A program made the position numbers and the translations under genes. Below, one piece after another: positions 11,179 through 24,470 of a DNA stretch of 64,000 nucleotides. The notes beneath the pieces are model-generated. The model ran no database searches. It had not been told where the DNA came from and saw nothing but the letters and a program-made list of their open reading frames with translations. Source of the stretch: Hemiscyllium ocellatum (Eukaryota); the NCBI RefSeq assembly GCF_020745735.1, contig NC_083433.1, positions 2,987,363 to 3,051,362 on the forward strand, read 5' to 3'. Position 1 is the stretch's first letter, and each line of letters starts with the position of its first letter.

Positions 11179-13296
11179 CTCCTTGTTTTGGGAACTCAGA
11201 CCACAATGCCGTATTTCTTCTCCCGGCTTACAGGCAAAAGCTCAAGCGAAGACTTCCCCTCGCGGATAAAGGTCCAGTGCTGCACGGTGGAAGCAGAGGA
11301 TCAACTCCGGTGCCGTTTGGAATCAGCTGATTGGGCCATGTTCAAACAGTCCATAGATACCCAGGTGGGGTACACCACCACCATCACAGCCTTTATCGGT
11401 AAGTGTGTGGAGGACTGCATACTAAGCAAGTCAATCTGGATGTTCCCCAACAGGAAACTCTGGATGAATCAGGACAGACAGAACCTGCTGAAAACCAGGT
11501 GTGAGGCCTTCAGATCAGGAGACCCACTTAAATATAAGGAATTCAAGTATAGCCTTCGCAGAGCCATTAAGATAGCCAGGGACCAATACCGATCCAAACT
11601 AGAGACCCAGACAGACACCCAGCGACTATGGTAAGGACTGAATGACATCACAGGTTCTAAAAAGAGTCAGTGCAAGAGAGCTGACGATGACATATCCCTC
11701 CCAGACCATTTCAACGCCTGCTATGCTCGCTTTGAGCAGAATTTTGGCAGAGAGGTAGCACCTATTCCGACACGTCCTGACAAACCTATCCTAACAGTCA
11801 CTGCATCAGAGGTCAGATCAGTTTTCCTGTGCATTAATCCAAGGAAAGTGATGGGAACAGAGAGTACCAGGCCGTGCACTCAGAGCATGTGCAGATCGAC
11901 TGGCAGAGGTCTTCCCGGGCATCTTCAGCCTCTCCCTGCAGCAGGCCACTGTCCCTGCCTGTTTCAATAATGCCAACATTATCCCTGTGCCTAAGAAGGC
12001 TCATGCAGCATGTCTCAATGACTACCACCCAGTGGTAGGAAGTGCTTTGAAAGGTTGGTCATGGCATTAAACAACTCCAGCCACCCCACTACCCCTGACC
12101 CACTCCTATTTGCCTATTGGACCAACAGATCCACGTCAGATGCCATATCACTTGCCCTTCACTCCTCCCTAGAACATCATGACACCAAGTACAGCTATAT
12201 AAGAATCCTACTCAAAGGCTACAGTTCAGCCTTCAACACTATTATCCCTTTGAGAGTGAGTTCTAAACTTAGTGATCTCAGACTAAGCCCCAGTCTCTGC
12301 AACTAGATCCTCAGTTTCCTGACCCACAGGCCACAATCAGTGAAGATTAGGGACAATATTTCATCCTCACTAACACTCGACACTGGAACCCCCTCCAGGG
12401 GTGCATACTCAGCCCCCCTACTGTACTCACTGTATACCCATGACTGTGTTGCCAAATACCAGACTAATGCAATTTACAAGCTCGCTGATGACATCACCAT
12501 ATTCGGTCAAACCTCACATGGCAACGAAACAGACTACAGACAGGAGGTGGAAGACCTGGAAAAATGGTGCACTGAACTAGCTCCCAATGCCAGCAAAACC
12601 AAGGAACTCATTACTGACTTTCGGTGGGATATTACTCATGCCCCCTGCACATTAACAGCACAGAGGTGGAATGAGTGGAGACTGTCAAGCTCCTGGGAGT
12701 GGTCATCCACAACAAGCTTTCTTGGACTGTTCATGTGGACACACTGGTTACAAAGGCCCAACAACATCTCCTTTTCCTCAGACAGCTGAGGAAATTTGGC
12801 ATGACAGGAAATAACTTCGCCAACTTTTATAGGTGTGCCACTGAGAGCATTCTGTCTGGATGTATCACTACCTGGTATGGTAACTGTACCATTCAAGATC
12901 GGAGATGGTTACAGAGAATGGTGAACTCAGCCCTAACAATCACAAAGGCCAACCTTCCATCTACAGAATCTACCCACTGTCAAGGACAGGCCACCAGCAT
13001 TCTCAAAGATCCATCCCACCCTAGCAATGCTTTTCTACAACCTCTACCATCAAGAAGGTATAGAAGTCTGAACACACGCACCAGCCAGTTTCGAAACAGT
13101 TACTACCCTACTGTTGTTAGAATGCTGAATGGACTCACAAACCCTTAACATTCGCCTGTAGCTGTGTTTTAGTTTTTGCTGCTGTAACCATTATTTACTA
13201 TCTATGCTACTTAACTCTGTGATCTGCCTGGATTACTCGCAAGACAAAGCTTTTCACTGTGCCTCAGTACATTTGACAATAAATTCAATTCAATTC
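11179..13296 (+). mobile_element. 5'-truncated, frameshifted Rex1/Babar-type LINE
   Basis: RT motifs FAYWTNRSTSDAI, YSSAFNTIIP, LLYSLYTHDC, KLADD, FYRCATESILSGCITTWYGN; AATAAA plus (AATTC)n tail; AGA on both sides. Confidence 0.85.
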
Positions 13297-13445
13297 AGAT
13301 TCCAGTGTTGTCACTGTACTGGGACAGCTGGGCTTAGGGCTCTGCAATTGCTGGAGCACAAGTCTTCATTGCTATTACTGCAATATTGTCAAGGCCTGTA
13401 GCCTTTACAGTATCCAGTGCCTTCAGCTGTTTCTTGATATCACAT

Positions 13446-14646
13446 TGTAAAGATCTGAGTTTTTTATTTTTCTGTATTACAAAATGAGGCTAGTTCAAAA
13501 TCACTGCACTTTTTTAAAGCATATTACCTGACACTCAATGTAAATACTGTTCACATAGCTGTTGATTCAACAAGTGGGGGAATCCTGATTACAGAGGAGC
13601 TGGAACCAGGGAGCTGTGTTTGAAGGGAGATTTGACTGGCTACAGGTAGCTGATTGATACTTGGTCACTACTGCACAGACCAATGACAAAGGCTTTCTGC
13701 CTGCCAACAGCCATGTGATTGGCTCCCAGGTAGCCAAACAGTTTTGGGGTAGGAATGTTTGGGGCAGAAGCTATCAGACCTTGGGGAAGGAAGGTGCTGT
13801 TTCTGCTCTGCTGCAGTAAAAGAAAAGCATCTCAAATCTGAAAACAGCCAGTTTGTTTCCCCTTTCCAGTTACTGTAAACTGTGATTTTTGTTTAATACG
13901 TTAGAGACCTTTATAAATGCAAATCAGTCACCCTGTGCCTCCTGCAAAAACAGGCTAATAAGGAAGATAAAGAATCGGCATTCCGATCAGCAAACTCTGA
14001 CAGGACTCACTGAACTGCTGCCCTCAGATCCCACCTCCCTCAATCTTTAACACCCATGTTGTTTGATGTCTTTGTGTATGTGAGCTAGAGGCAGAATTTT
14101 ATAAGTGGGCTAGAGTTTTAACTAAAGTAGTTATATATTGACAGCACATAACTATCAACTTGCAGTTAACAACAATTACTATTTAGACAAATAAATAGAT
14201 GCTAAATACAGAAACCTGGATAATACCAGGGGTGGCATGTGGTTTACTAGTTAGCACAGGGTCCCAGGTTCAATTCCAGCCTCAGGCAACTGTCTGTATG
14301 GAGTTTACACATTATCCCAGTGTCTGCATGAATTTCCTCCGGGTGCTCTGGTTTCCTCTTACAGTCCAAAGATGTGCAGGTCAGGTGAATTGGCCATGCT
14401 AAAATTGCCCATAGTGTTAGATGCACTAGTCAGAGGGAAACGGTCTGGGTGGGTTAATCTTTGGAGGGTCGGTGTGGACTTGTTGGTCCGTAGGGCCTGT
14501 TTCCACACTGTAGGAAATCTAATCTAATCATACATTGTCAACCTGGGTATAAAAAAGCAGGAAATTTTTAAAAATCTTTTACATTTGTGAAGTCTCCAAG
14601 AGTAGCAAGCCTTGATTTCCAGAACACTACCTGATAAGGTATAACA
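13446..14646. mobile_element. solo LTR candidate (contains a nested SINE)
   Basis: TGTAA...TAACA termini, perfect 4-bp TSD ACAT (13442-13445 / 14647-14650); host LINE continues on both sides. Confidence 0.65.
14228..14528 (+). mobile_element. HE1/V-SINE-type SINE
   Basis: tRNA-like head GGTTCAATTCC, conserved body, (AATCT)n tail. Confidence 0.85.
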
Positions 14647-15714
14647 ACATACAGTAAATCGACTAGGCTGAAGACTGGGGTCGGTGATACTGGTGATCTC
14701 TGGACACACAGTCATACAGCACAGGAGAAGGCCCTTCGGTCCAACTCATCCATGCTGACCAAGTTTCCTAAACTGAACTAGTCTCATTTGCCTGCATTTG
14801 GCCCATATCTCTCTAACCCTTTCCTATCCATGTACCTGTCCAAATGAGTTTTAAATGTTGCAACTGAACCCATCTCTACCACTTCCTCTGGCAGATCTTT
14901 GCATAAACAGACCTCCGTGTATATGTGAAAACGTTGCATCCATCCACTTGGCACTTCCAGCTACAGATTGCTGCAAATACCTCAGTTGCTTTTTTGTTTG
15001 CCCTGATGTGCTGGGCTCCTCCATCATGGAGGGTGGGGATATTTGTGGAGCCTCCTCCTCCAGTGAGTTGTTCAATTGTCCACCAACATTCACGCCTGAA
15101 TATGGAAGGACCGCAGAGCTCAGATATCATTTCACCTTTAAACTAAAATACTGTATTTTAATCTGCAAGGCACAGGTATAATGTTTTTGAAGCACTCATG
15201 TACATAAACACAATCCTTCCAATATTGAGGTGCAGGAGGGAATTCCAGACAGTTGAATGAAGATGGTCGCCAATGGTGAACTGGTTAAAATGGGTGAAGA
15301 CATCACAGGGGACCAGACTTGGAGAGTGCAGAGATCCCAGCCAGCTGAGGTGGCTATTCAGGATGTTTTAATAGAAAGCTGGATAAGACGTAGTACAATG
15401 AATAAAGAAACAGAAGGTTATGTTGACAACATAAGGTGGGGGTGGGAGGAGCTGATGGGCCAAAGGGCCTGTTTCTGAGTTGGAAAATTCCAAGTACCAT
15501 CCTTCCCACTAACCCAGTTTGACTCAAAGTAATTGCTTCTGATTCCCAGGATGCAGTAAAGCTTCCAAAGATCGACTGCATTTCGTAACTAAAAATACAG
15601 AGTTGCTGAAATGAAAATAGAAAGCATATTTCAAAGCACTTTATAGGCATCAAGGTGTAGTTGCTAGAATAAAAGAAACATGGCAAATTACTGCTTGTGC
15701 AGTGTGATAAATGT

Positions 15715-15960
15715 TACAGTACTTTGTTTTAATGACGGTAGTTGAGGGATATATATAGGAAACAGGACACCAGGGTGAAATCCCTCTTCAAATAAGGCCA
15801 TGGGACCTTTTGCATCCCGTTATGAGCACAGACAGGATCTAAGTTTAAGACTTTATCAGAAAGACAGCTCTGCCAACAATGTAGGCCCTTCCTCAGGACT
15901 GCATTGGCTGTTTTAGTTTGGACTTTGCGCTGAGGCTCCTACAGCTTGGAACTGAAAAAC
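15715..15960 (-). mobile_element. Deu-domain (SacSINE1/AmnSINE1-like) SINE fragment
   Basis: Reverse-complement similarity to 53290-53670 (GTTGAGGGATA..CTCTTCAAATAAGGCCATGGGA..TTTGCATCC). Confidence 0.6.
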
Positions 15961-18134
15961 AGAAACTTCAAGCGGCCAACACAACAAACAGTGGGCTTGT
16001 CACATGAGGAGCACGGGAGAGGTCTCAATGCTGGCTCTTCATCTGCTCAATCCGAAGGGAGGTGGTTTTGGGTCCACGTGGTCCTCAGGCGGAACTTAAA
16101 AATACCGACGCTAATTTGCTGGACTGTGTGGTGACTTTGTTCTTCACAGGCCCTGCAGCAGCCAAGATGAAAGAGCCAGTAATTTGCTGCAGCGTAACTG
16201 GGGCAGCAGGGTGAGGATTATTTGAGAAACTGTGACCACGTTACAGCAACACTTCGGCCTTAAGGCTTCAATTAAGACTGAAAAATAAGACTGAAACTCC
16301 TAGAGCCCAAAATAATGATCACTGTTATTGAACATCCTCCCAAAGATCAGTGACCTCTGGCGCCTAGTTTGACGAGGGCACAGGCCAGAGGAAACTACCA
16401 CCAAATTGGGGGAATTGCCCATCAATCCCTGGAGTTTTCTTCCTAATTTCTGTTCTGCAGTTCCTCACCACCTGCACAAGGATAAATCAGATCGACAGGC
16501 AAGAAATATCAGCATTGCCAGAGTTAGCCACATCATAAGATGCAAAAGGTGCTACCCAGCGACTGCGGAAATTTAAGGATATGGAGGAGCATCAAGCTGG
16601 CAATCAACATGCTATCCAGGGAGAGAAGAACAGGTACTAAATGTCATCATGCTGTCTGCTCACCCATCTCTTGACGGTTTGTGGGCTCTTGCTGTACTCA
16701 GAGCAGTTGCCACATTTCTTTATAAAACAGCGACAGAAAGACAAACTCAGTTCAGTAGCTGCGAGTGCTTTGCATCACCTACAATGGCATGCCTCAATTT
16801 TCAAATTCTCATCCTTTAAGTCTTCATGGCCTTGCTCAGCTCTTACCTTTGCCAGCCCCAGATCATCCTCAGTGTCATCTGCACACCTCTGTCTCCTGAG
16901 TATTCTCCATTCACAGGCAGTTGTGTCTTCAGCTGCTTGGGGCCCAAGTTCTAGATTGCTCTCCCTACATCTCTTTGCCTTTCTGTCTCAGTCTTTAAGA
17001 GGTCCTCCTAAAACATAGCGATTTGACCTAAACTATGTTTGTTGCTCTAGAATCCCATGAGGATCAGTATCAACTTTTTTTTAAAATTAAGGTATCTGAG
17101 AGGTGCTTTGGCACTGTACAAATGCAAGTTGCTGCTTTGCATCTGCATAACCAGAACTGGAGGATTTAAGGCCAGATCTGATGAGATCACAGCAGAGTTT
17201 GTTCATGAATTTGTCAGAATTGTGCTCTATTGTATTGCCTCTGTAGCTTGTAAAGACTGGAGCAGGTCATTCACACAAGAGGGGAGTGGTGCTCAAAGAT
17301 GCTCACAGGTAGCTTTGAAGAGCTGGGCATACCTTCCACTAGGCAGCTGACAGAATTCAAACACATCACACTAAATGAACCTTTCCAGCAGCCTAGCTTA
17401 CCCACTGCTGCGCGATGGAGTCTTACTTGCACAAGACTTGCTCTCAATTACTGGTTCCACTATCTTGTCCCCTTTCTTCACCACTGCTTCTCTGACCCTG
17501 TTAAGCTATGGCCTTTTATTTGCTGGTTTCTCTTGCTCCATACCTTGTTAATCAGAGGTGTCAAGGTTGGCAAGTTACAATGAACAAAATCTATGAAGAG
17601 GAAGTAGGTACAACACAGGTCATCTCACAGTGCAATGGAGCATCCCTACCTCATCCCGGTCTGGGACTTAACGACAAGGAAGGTGCATTTAGAACATTCG
17701 AGAGTCAATGTGTCAATTCTACCAATAAATACCAATATCAGGCAGTGGGAATGGCTGTGTGACAGAAAGAATGCTGGAGCCTATCTCATTTCCAGGCTGC
17801 AAAATACAGGAAAGAGCCACAGCTACTCTGACCTTGGACTCCATGAGGGTTGGCTAGTTGGGGATCAGAGCACCAAATCAGAGAATCGATCTGATGCAGA
17901 ATGTTCAACTCCAGAGCAAGTCCCAGTGTCCCAGGAATCTAAAGCCTTCCCTCCTGCACTACTTTTTAGCCATGCATTCATCTGCCCTATTTCGATGCTT
18001 ACTTGCACCAGTCACTGGGAATAACCTGGAGGTTATTATACACTTGAGGTCGAGCATGCTAATTTCCTACCTAACTCCTTAAATTCTGATTGCAGAACCT
18101 CATCTCCATACCAACCAAAGCCATTGGTGCCAAC

Positions 18135-18742
18135 TGTTATGGACTAGGCCAGACCACTCAAAACATTGTTAAGCAGGCAGCCCAGACCGTAGCTTTGCTA
18201 TTTGTTTTGGTAAGTGTATAGTGAAAATTACTCTAAGTCAGCTAGGTTGACTACCAGGTTTTAAAACAGATAAAAATGTATTCACAAAATTACAGAATGA
18301 AACACAAAGAACTGAATAAAGAATATGTACAGAACTCAGTCTATCCAAACGACTTAATTATGCTGCTCTGAATATACACACCAGTCCCAATGAACAAACC
18401 CCTTACACACTGTCAAAATGAAACAAAGGCTTACAAGTCCAAGTTAGAAGGGCAGAAGGAGAGAGAGTCCAGCAGCCTGCTTCCACACAGCTCTACAGCT
18501 GAGCTTCCTAACTTAACCTCAGTTTCCATGACTGGCCACTCCCCTTTCATTACACAAGTTTCTTCTAAACATAAAAGCTTTGGCCTAAAGTCGCATCTGT
18601 TTACATATAAACAAAGAGGCCTCTCAATGCCCTTTTATCTTTGTACCAAACCCAGCTGCTTTGGAGCCCGAAGTGTTTTACCACCCTCTGAAAAAAAAAT
18701 CAAGGATACAGTATCCTTGAGAGAAGGATCAGTTTTGTGACA
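18135..18742. mobile_element. solo LTR candidate
   Basis: TGTTA...TGACA termini, 608 bp, flanks CAAC/CAAT, internal AATAAA. Confidence 0.5.
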
Positions 18743-21700
18743 CAATGTGGACCATGACCTCTGGCTGTTCACCCTCCTCCAGAAGAATGTCATGCAGCTG
18801 CTCTGAGAGCTTCTTGACCATGGCACCAATGGGGCAATGTGCTATCTGGACTCATGTCAATGACCACAGAAAGATAACAAATGCATCCCTCATCACTATT
18901 GCTCCTCCTTTATTTTCCTTTTCTACCACATAGCAAAGCACATGTAATACCACAAATGTGGCTCTGATTGCACTCCCTTGAGACATCAAAATCCTCACCA
19001 GCTTCCAAAACAGAAAAGTGATGTGTCAGCAGCACGTCAATGGACCCCGTCACCATCTTTTTGGTGGTAGCTCATTCCCTTGCTGCTTCCAGGCACTTAA
19101 GCTGCAGTGAGAGTACCTCTCTGTATGTACCATCCCATACAACAATCAGCCTCAACAATATACCACAGTGACTCAGCCACTGCTCAAACTCAGATACCCA
19201 GATCTGAAGTTTCTGTGGCTGGTGAAACTTCCAGCACATGTAGTTGTCTATGCCCAGGAATGTCCTATACACAAAATGCATGATAATTCCAACTCGGCCG
19301 ATTGTTACCCTCGATCATCAGTAAAATGATGGCAGGGGTCATCAAAAGTGCTAGCACGTTGCACTTGCTTAACAATAGCCCGCTCAGCCTGGTTTGCAAT
19401 CTAGGTTGCACCAAGGCCAGTCAGCTCCCAAACTTCATTACAGTCTGGGCTCAAAGATGGACATTGCTGAACTCCAGGTGAGAATAAGAGAGACACTACC
19501 CTTGACACCAAGGCTGTGTTCAACCATATGTGGCATCACAGGGCCCAAACAAAATTACAGGCAATGGGAATCAGTTAAGGAAGGGCAATACAGGCTGGCT
19601 GAGCTCACATTCTATGAATGAATAGAAAACCCCAAGCTGGGGCCATGACCTCCCACATATTGCACATAGATACCAACAGCCAGAGTAGCTGTCAACCCCA
19701 GTCTGGCTGCGGTAAATTCATCTCTTTGTCATGATGCTGTGGGTGGAACCTGCCCTCAGGCAGAGAACTCAAGATGATGGAAATCTAGCTCAAATCCAGC
19801 TAAAAGCTCAAGAAGCAAGTGGATTTAAGATTGAGCACTCTGGAAATAAGCTACAATTTTTCAAGCAAAACCTCCCTCCAAATGAATGAGACTGGATGGT
19901 GGTCTGCAAGTGACACTCCCTCCAACTAAATCCCATTGTTCTCTTTGCTTCTTTCTCCCCAGTAGCAGTGTTTTACTAAGGAAGCTAATCCTCCAGGCAT
20001 CTAATCAGAAGGGAACAGAGAATCAACAAGAGCTTCAGTGATGCAGCAAACAGACGACCCCGAAACCTGCCCTCCCTGACCTCTATTCCTCCCCTCTCTG
20101 AAATCTCCTTACGAGAAAGGTCTCTCAGTGTCAATCTCTCCCGTTGAACAGGGAATGGGCTGATTAAACTGGATATAGAAGGACTTTCTCCTCTCAACTC
20201 AGTTGTGGTAATAAATGCCTGACATAAATCCATTAGCAAGGTTTCCCTTTGTATAATGGAAGCACTGGTAGATCAGCCCATACTTAACACTCCCAGATGT
20301 AAGACTAACCCTATCTTGGTCAATGAAGACTGTGCGGGCTTCAGTGGTGCAGCAACAGTGTTTGGTTTATACATTTCGTTCAACATTACCCTTCTTTTGA
20401 TATCCCATCTACCACTTCCCTGTTTTCTATTAAATTTGTTTTCCTATTTTGGCAATTACATGATTATTATATGCTTTTAACCTGATTACTTCATCTATAT
20501 ATGGATTTTGTGATGTAATTTACACTGCACTTCAGCCTTTGGACCGTGACATGATTCTTGAATTAAATACAATAAACATCAATACTATGGATCAAATGTT
20601 TAACCTGCAAAAAACACCCACAACCCAAGTGTCTCTGATCGCCCCATACTAAAACAGGGGCTCAGGACAAACTCCCGCAGTTTCAATCTGCATTACAACT
20701 GGTTTTTGCTACTCAGATAGAGATAAGGGGGACTGTTTTATCACAGCAAGGTATTGTTATCTAAAACATACTGCCTGAAAGGGAGGGAGAAGTAGATTCA
20801 ACAGGAACTTACAAAAAGAATTTCGATAAATATTTGTAAAAGGAACTTTTTGTGGGTTTATTTTGAGGGCGGGAAGTTGTGGGGTAATTGCGAAACCCTC
20901 ATGTTTTCTCAAGTTTCTAAAGGGCTTCTTTTGTACTATATCATGTGTTATGTCCCCAGCTAATGTTATTATTGACAATTCAAATCCCAAACAGGAATTT
21001 GACTTGATAGATATTTTTGGCCTTAACAATGTGGCCTTTTACTGAAACACAAACATGCAATGCTGCAGATGAAGTTTTAACAGAAGTTTATCACGCAAAG
21101 GCAAGGAAGGATAACCAGAATCAAACTGTTCATATATAAGTCAAGCGATAGTGACTATATTCTGTCTCTTAGTGATGGTCACAGCCTGGCATCTTGTATG
21201 GCGTGCATGTTACTTGCCACTTGTCAGCCTTAGCCTGGATATTGTCTGGACCTTGTTGCATTTGGACATGTTCCAAATGTGTTTTTATTGAATTCAAATT
21301 CCACCATCTGCCATGGTGGGATTTGAATCTGGCTCCCCGGAACATTATCTGGGTCTCTGGATTAGGTCTCCTGGTGATACCACTAGGACTTCACCTTCCC
21401 TTGAGAAAAAGGTCAGTGCTGCCCTCCACTGTAGGGATTCTGATATGATTGCAACCAAATTTGGGTGGATGTTATGACCTTTTTTAAATTGTTTTTTTTC
21501 CCCCTTGAACGTTGGTTATTATTTGGGTGAGGTTGGTTGTGCAAGGAGCAGGGTGAAAATGGCAGCACTGATGTACTGATCACATTTTTGCCTGAAATGA
21601 GAAATCTGTACCAAAAAGTCTTAAAGAGCAGCAAGGAGGTCTAGCTCCACCATCCACAATGTGAATCAGGTGCACCATGACTGTCTTAAGTCATGGGCTC

Positions 21701-22159
21701 TTCTTAAAACTGTCAAAATCATCAACACTACACCTTTTTTCCTTCACCTTCCTGGTATTTGGGTTATTGTTTGTCGCCTGAGGGAAGCAGGGGTAGCAGC
21801 ACGATCAGGACAAATGTAGTGACTAAGATACCAACTAAATGAAGTGTGCTACATTGGAAGGAAAAGGCCTTTTATTTAGAGCAATTGTATATATCCAGCA
21901 CTTAAGTTGCATATGTAGTTTCAGAAAAGCTTGAGGTGAGAATCTTTTTGAAGGTATTATATATTGCTCATCCTAAATTTCTCTGTGGTAGTGGGCTGCT
22001 GGAGATCAAGAAATGGTAATATCATTTAAAGATTGCCAAGTCTCTCGCCATGATTTTGAAGTGGTGTTTCCTTCTGTTTACCCTAACCATACCTTTAGGT
22101 TTAGTGAGTATTTTGAAGGGAGATTTGGTGAATTGATGCAGTGTTTCTGTTTTTCCTGG

Positions 22160-22363
22160 AGCGCTGGAGGCTAGGGGGTGACCTTCAAGGTTTACAAAAT
22201 TGAGGGGCATGGAAACGGTAAATAGGCAAAGTCAATTCCCAGGGATCAGGGAGTCCAGAACTCGAGGGCATAGGTTTGGGGTGAGGGGGGAAAATATAAA
22301 AGACACCTACTGGGCAATCTTTTCACACAGGGTGGTACGTGTATGAAATGAGTTGCCAGAGGA
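22160..22363 (+). mobile_element. CR1/HER1 LINE 3' fragment, left half (continues at 24284-24470)
   Basis: Colinear with the intact copy at 44870-45240 up to GAGTTGCCAGAGGA. Confidence 0.75.
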
Positions 22364-22656
22364 TTAGTTTAGATTAGATTACTTACAGTGTGGAAACAGG
22401 TCCATCGGCCCAACAAGTCCACACCGACCTGCTGAAGCACAACCCACCCAGACCATTCCCTTACTTTTACCCCTTCACCTAACATTACGGGCAATTTACA
22501 TGGCCAATTCACCTAACCTGAACATTTTTGGACTGTGGGAGGAAACCCACGCAGACACGGGGAGAATGTGCAAACTCCATACAGAGTCGCTTGAGGCGGG
22601 AATTGAACCCGGGTCTCTGGCGCTGTGAGGTAACAGTGCTAACCACTATGCCACCG
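22364..22656 (-). mobile_element. HE1/V-SINE-type SINE, near full length
   Basis: A/B box head and (TCTAA)n tail on the minus strand. Confidence 0.9.
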
Positions 22657-23988
22657 TTGTAATCTGAGATAATTTTCTTCACTGTCCACTACACCTCCAA
22701 TTTTGGTGTCATCTGCAAACTTACCTCTTACGTGCACATCCAAATCATTTATATAAATGACGAAAAGTAGTGGACCCAGCACCGATCCTTGTGGCACTCC
22801 ACTGGTCACAGGCCTCCAGTCTGAAAAACAACCCTCCACTACCACCCTCTGTCTTCTGCCTTTGAGCCAGTTCTGTATTCAAATGGCTAGTTCTTCCTGT
22901 ATTCCATGAGATCTAACCTTGCTCATCAGTCTCCATGGGGAACCTTGTCAAACGCCTTACTGAAATCCATATAGATCACATCTACTGCTCTGCCCTCATC
23001 AATCCTCTTGGTTACTTCTTCAAAAAGCTCAATCAAGTTAGTGAGATATGATTTCCCATTTATAAAACCATGTTGACTATCCCTAATAAGTCCTTGCCTT
23101 TCCAAATACATGTACATCCTATCCCTCAGGATTCCCTCTAACAACTTGCCCACCACTGATATCAGGCTCTGGTCAACTTGCCCACCGGCTGGTCACAGGC
23201 TCACTGGTCTAAAATTCCCTGGCTTGTCCTTATTACCCTTCTTAAACAGTGGCACCACGTTAGCCAACCTCCAGTCTTTCGGCACCTCACCTGTGACTAT
23301 CGATGATACAAATATCTCAGCAAGAGGCCCAACAATCACTTCTCTGGCTTCCCACAGAGTTCTCGGGTACACCTGATCAGGTCCTGGGGATTTCTCCACC
23401 TTTAACCGTTTCAAGACATCTAGCACTTCCTCCTCTGTAATCTGGACATTTTGCAAGATGTCACCATCTATTTCCCTACATTCTGTATCTTCCATGTCCT
23501 TTTCCACAGTAAATACTGATGCAAAGTACTCGTTTAGTATCTCCCCATCTCCTGCAGCTCCATACAAAAGCCGCCTTGCTGATCTTTGAGGGGCCCTATT
23601 CTCTCCCTAGTTACCCTTTTGTCCTTAATGTATTTATAAAATCCCTTTGGATTCTCCTTAACTATGTTTGCCAAAGCGATTTCATGTCCCTGTTTTGCCC
23701 TCCTGATTTCCCTCTTAAGTACTTCCTTTATACTTTAAGGATTCACTCGATCTATCCTGTCTATACTCACATATGGTTCCTTCTTTTCCTTAACCAAACC
23801 CTCAATTTTTTTAGTCATCCAGCATTCCCTATACTTACCAGCCTTTCCTTTCACCCTGACAGGAATTTACTTTCTCTGGATTCTCGTTATTTCATTTCTG
23901 AAGGCTTCCCATTTTCCAGCCATCCCTTTACCTGTGAACATCTGCCCCCAATCAGCTTTTGAACGTTCTTGCCTAATACTGTCAAAAT
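22657..23988 (-). mobile_element. CR1/HER1 LINE ORF2 fragment
   Basis: [64 protein letters not shown]. Confidence 0.92.
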
Positions 23989-24283
23989 CAAGTCAATGTT
24001 GGATTTATCACCAATGTCTGGTCACACTGAAAGGAGACTCCAGATGTATGGAAATGATCCACATTGTCCAGGGACTTGCTGTGGATTTTGATGGTTGGGG
24101 ACTCAGGGTAGCGTAGCAGGACTGAGTTGGTCCCAAACCTTTCTCTTCAGAATGTGTAATCTGAGACACATCCTCAGTGAATGCATCATTGATAGACTTT
24201 TTTTAAAAAGATTAGATTCCCTTCATTGTGGAAACAGGCCCCCTGCTCAACAAGTCCACACCAACCCTCCGAAGAGTAACCCT

Positions 24284-24470
24284 GTGGTGGAGGCTGGTAC
24301 AAATGCAACATTTAAGAGGCATTTGGATGGGTATATGAACAGGAAGGGTTTGGAGGGATATGGGCCGGGTGCTGGTAGGTGGGACTAGATTGGGTTGGGA
24401 TATGTGGTCGGCACGGACTGGTTGGACTGAAGGGTCTGTTTCCATGCTGTACATCTCTATGACTCTATGA
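24284..24470 (+). mobile_element. CR1/HER1 LINE 3' end, right half
   Basis: GTGGTGGAGGCTGGTAC...CTCTATGACTCTATGA tail, colinear with 45050-45240. Confidence 0.8.

Larger units (their letters stand above)
10140..15120 (-). mobile_element. old CR1-group (Zenon-like) LINE relic split by nested insertions
   Basis: RT C-terminal remnants YKSRSEA..SVMEYCSLACMGAV..KKFNAIQVKAAHLIG; sequence resumes at 13300-13445, 14647-14705 and about 14935-15120. Confidence 0.65.
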
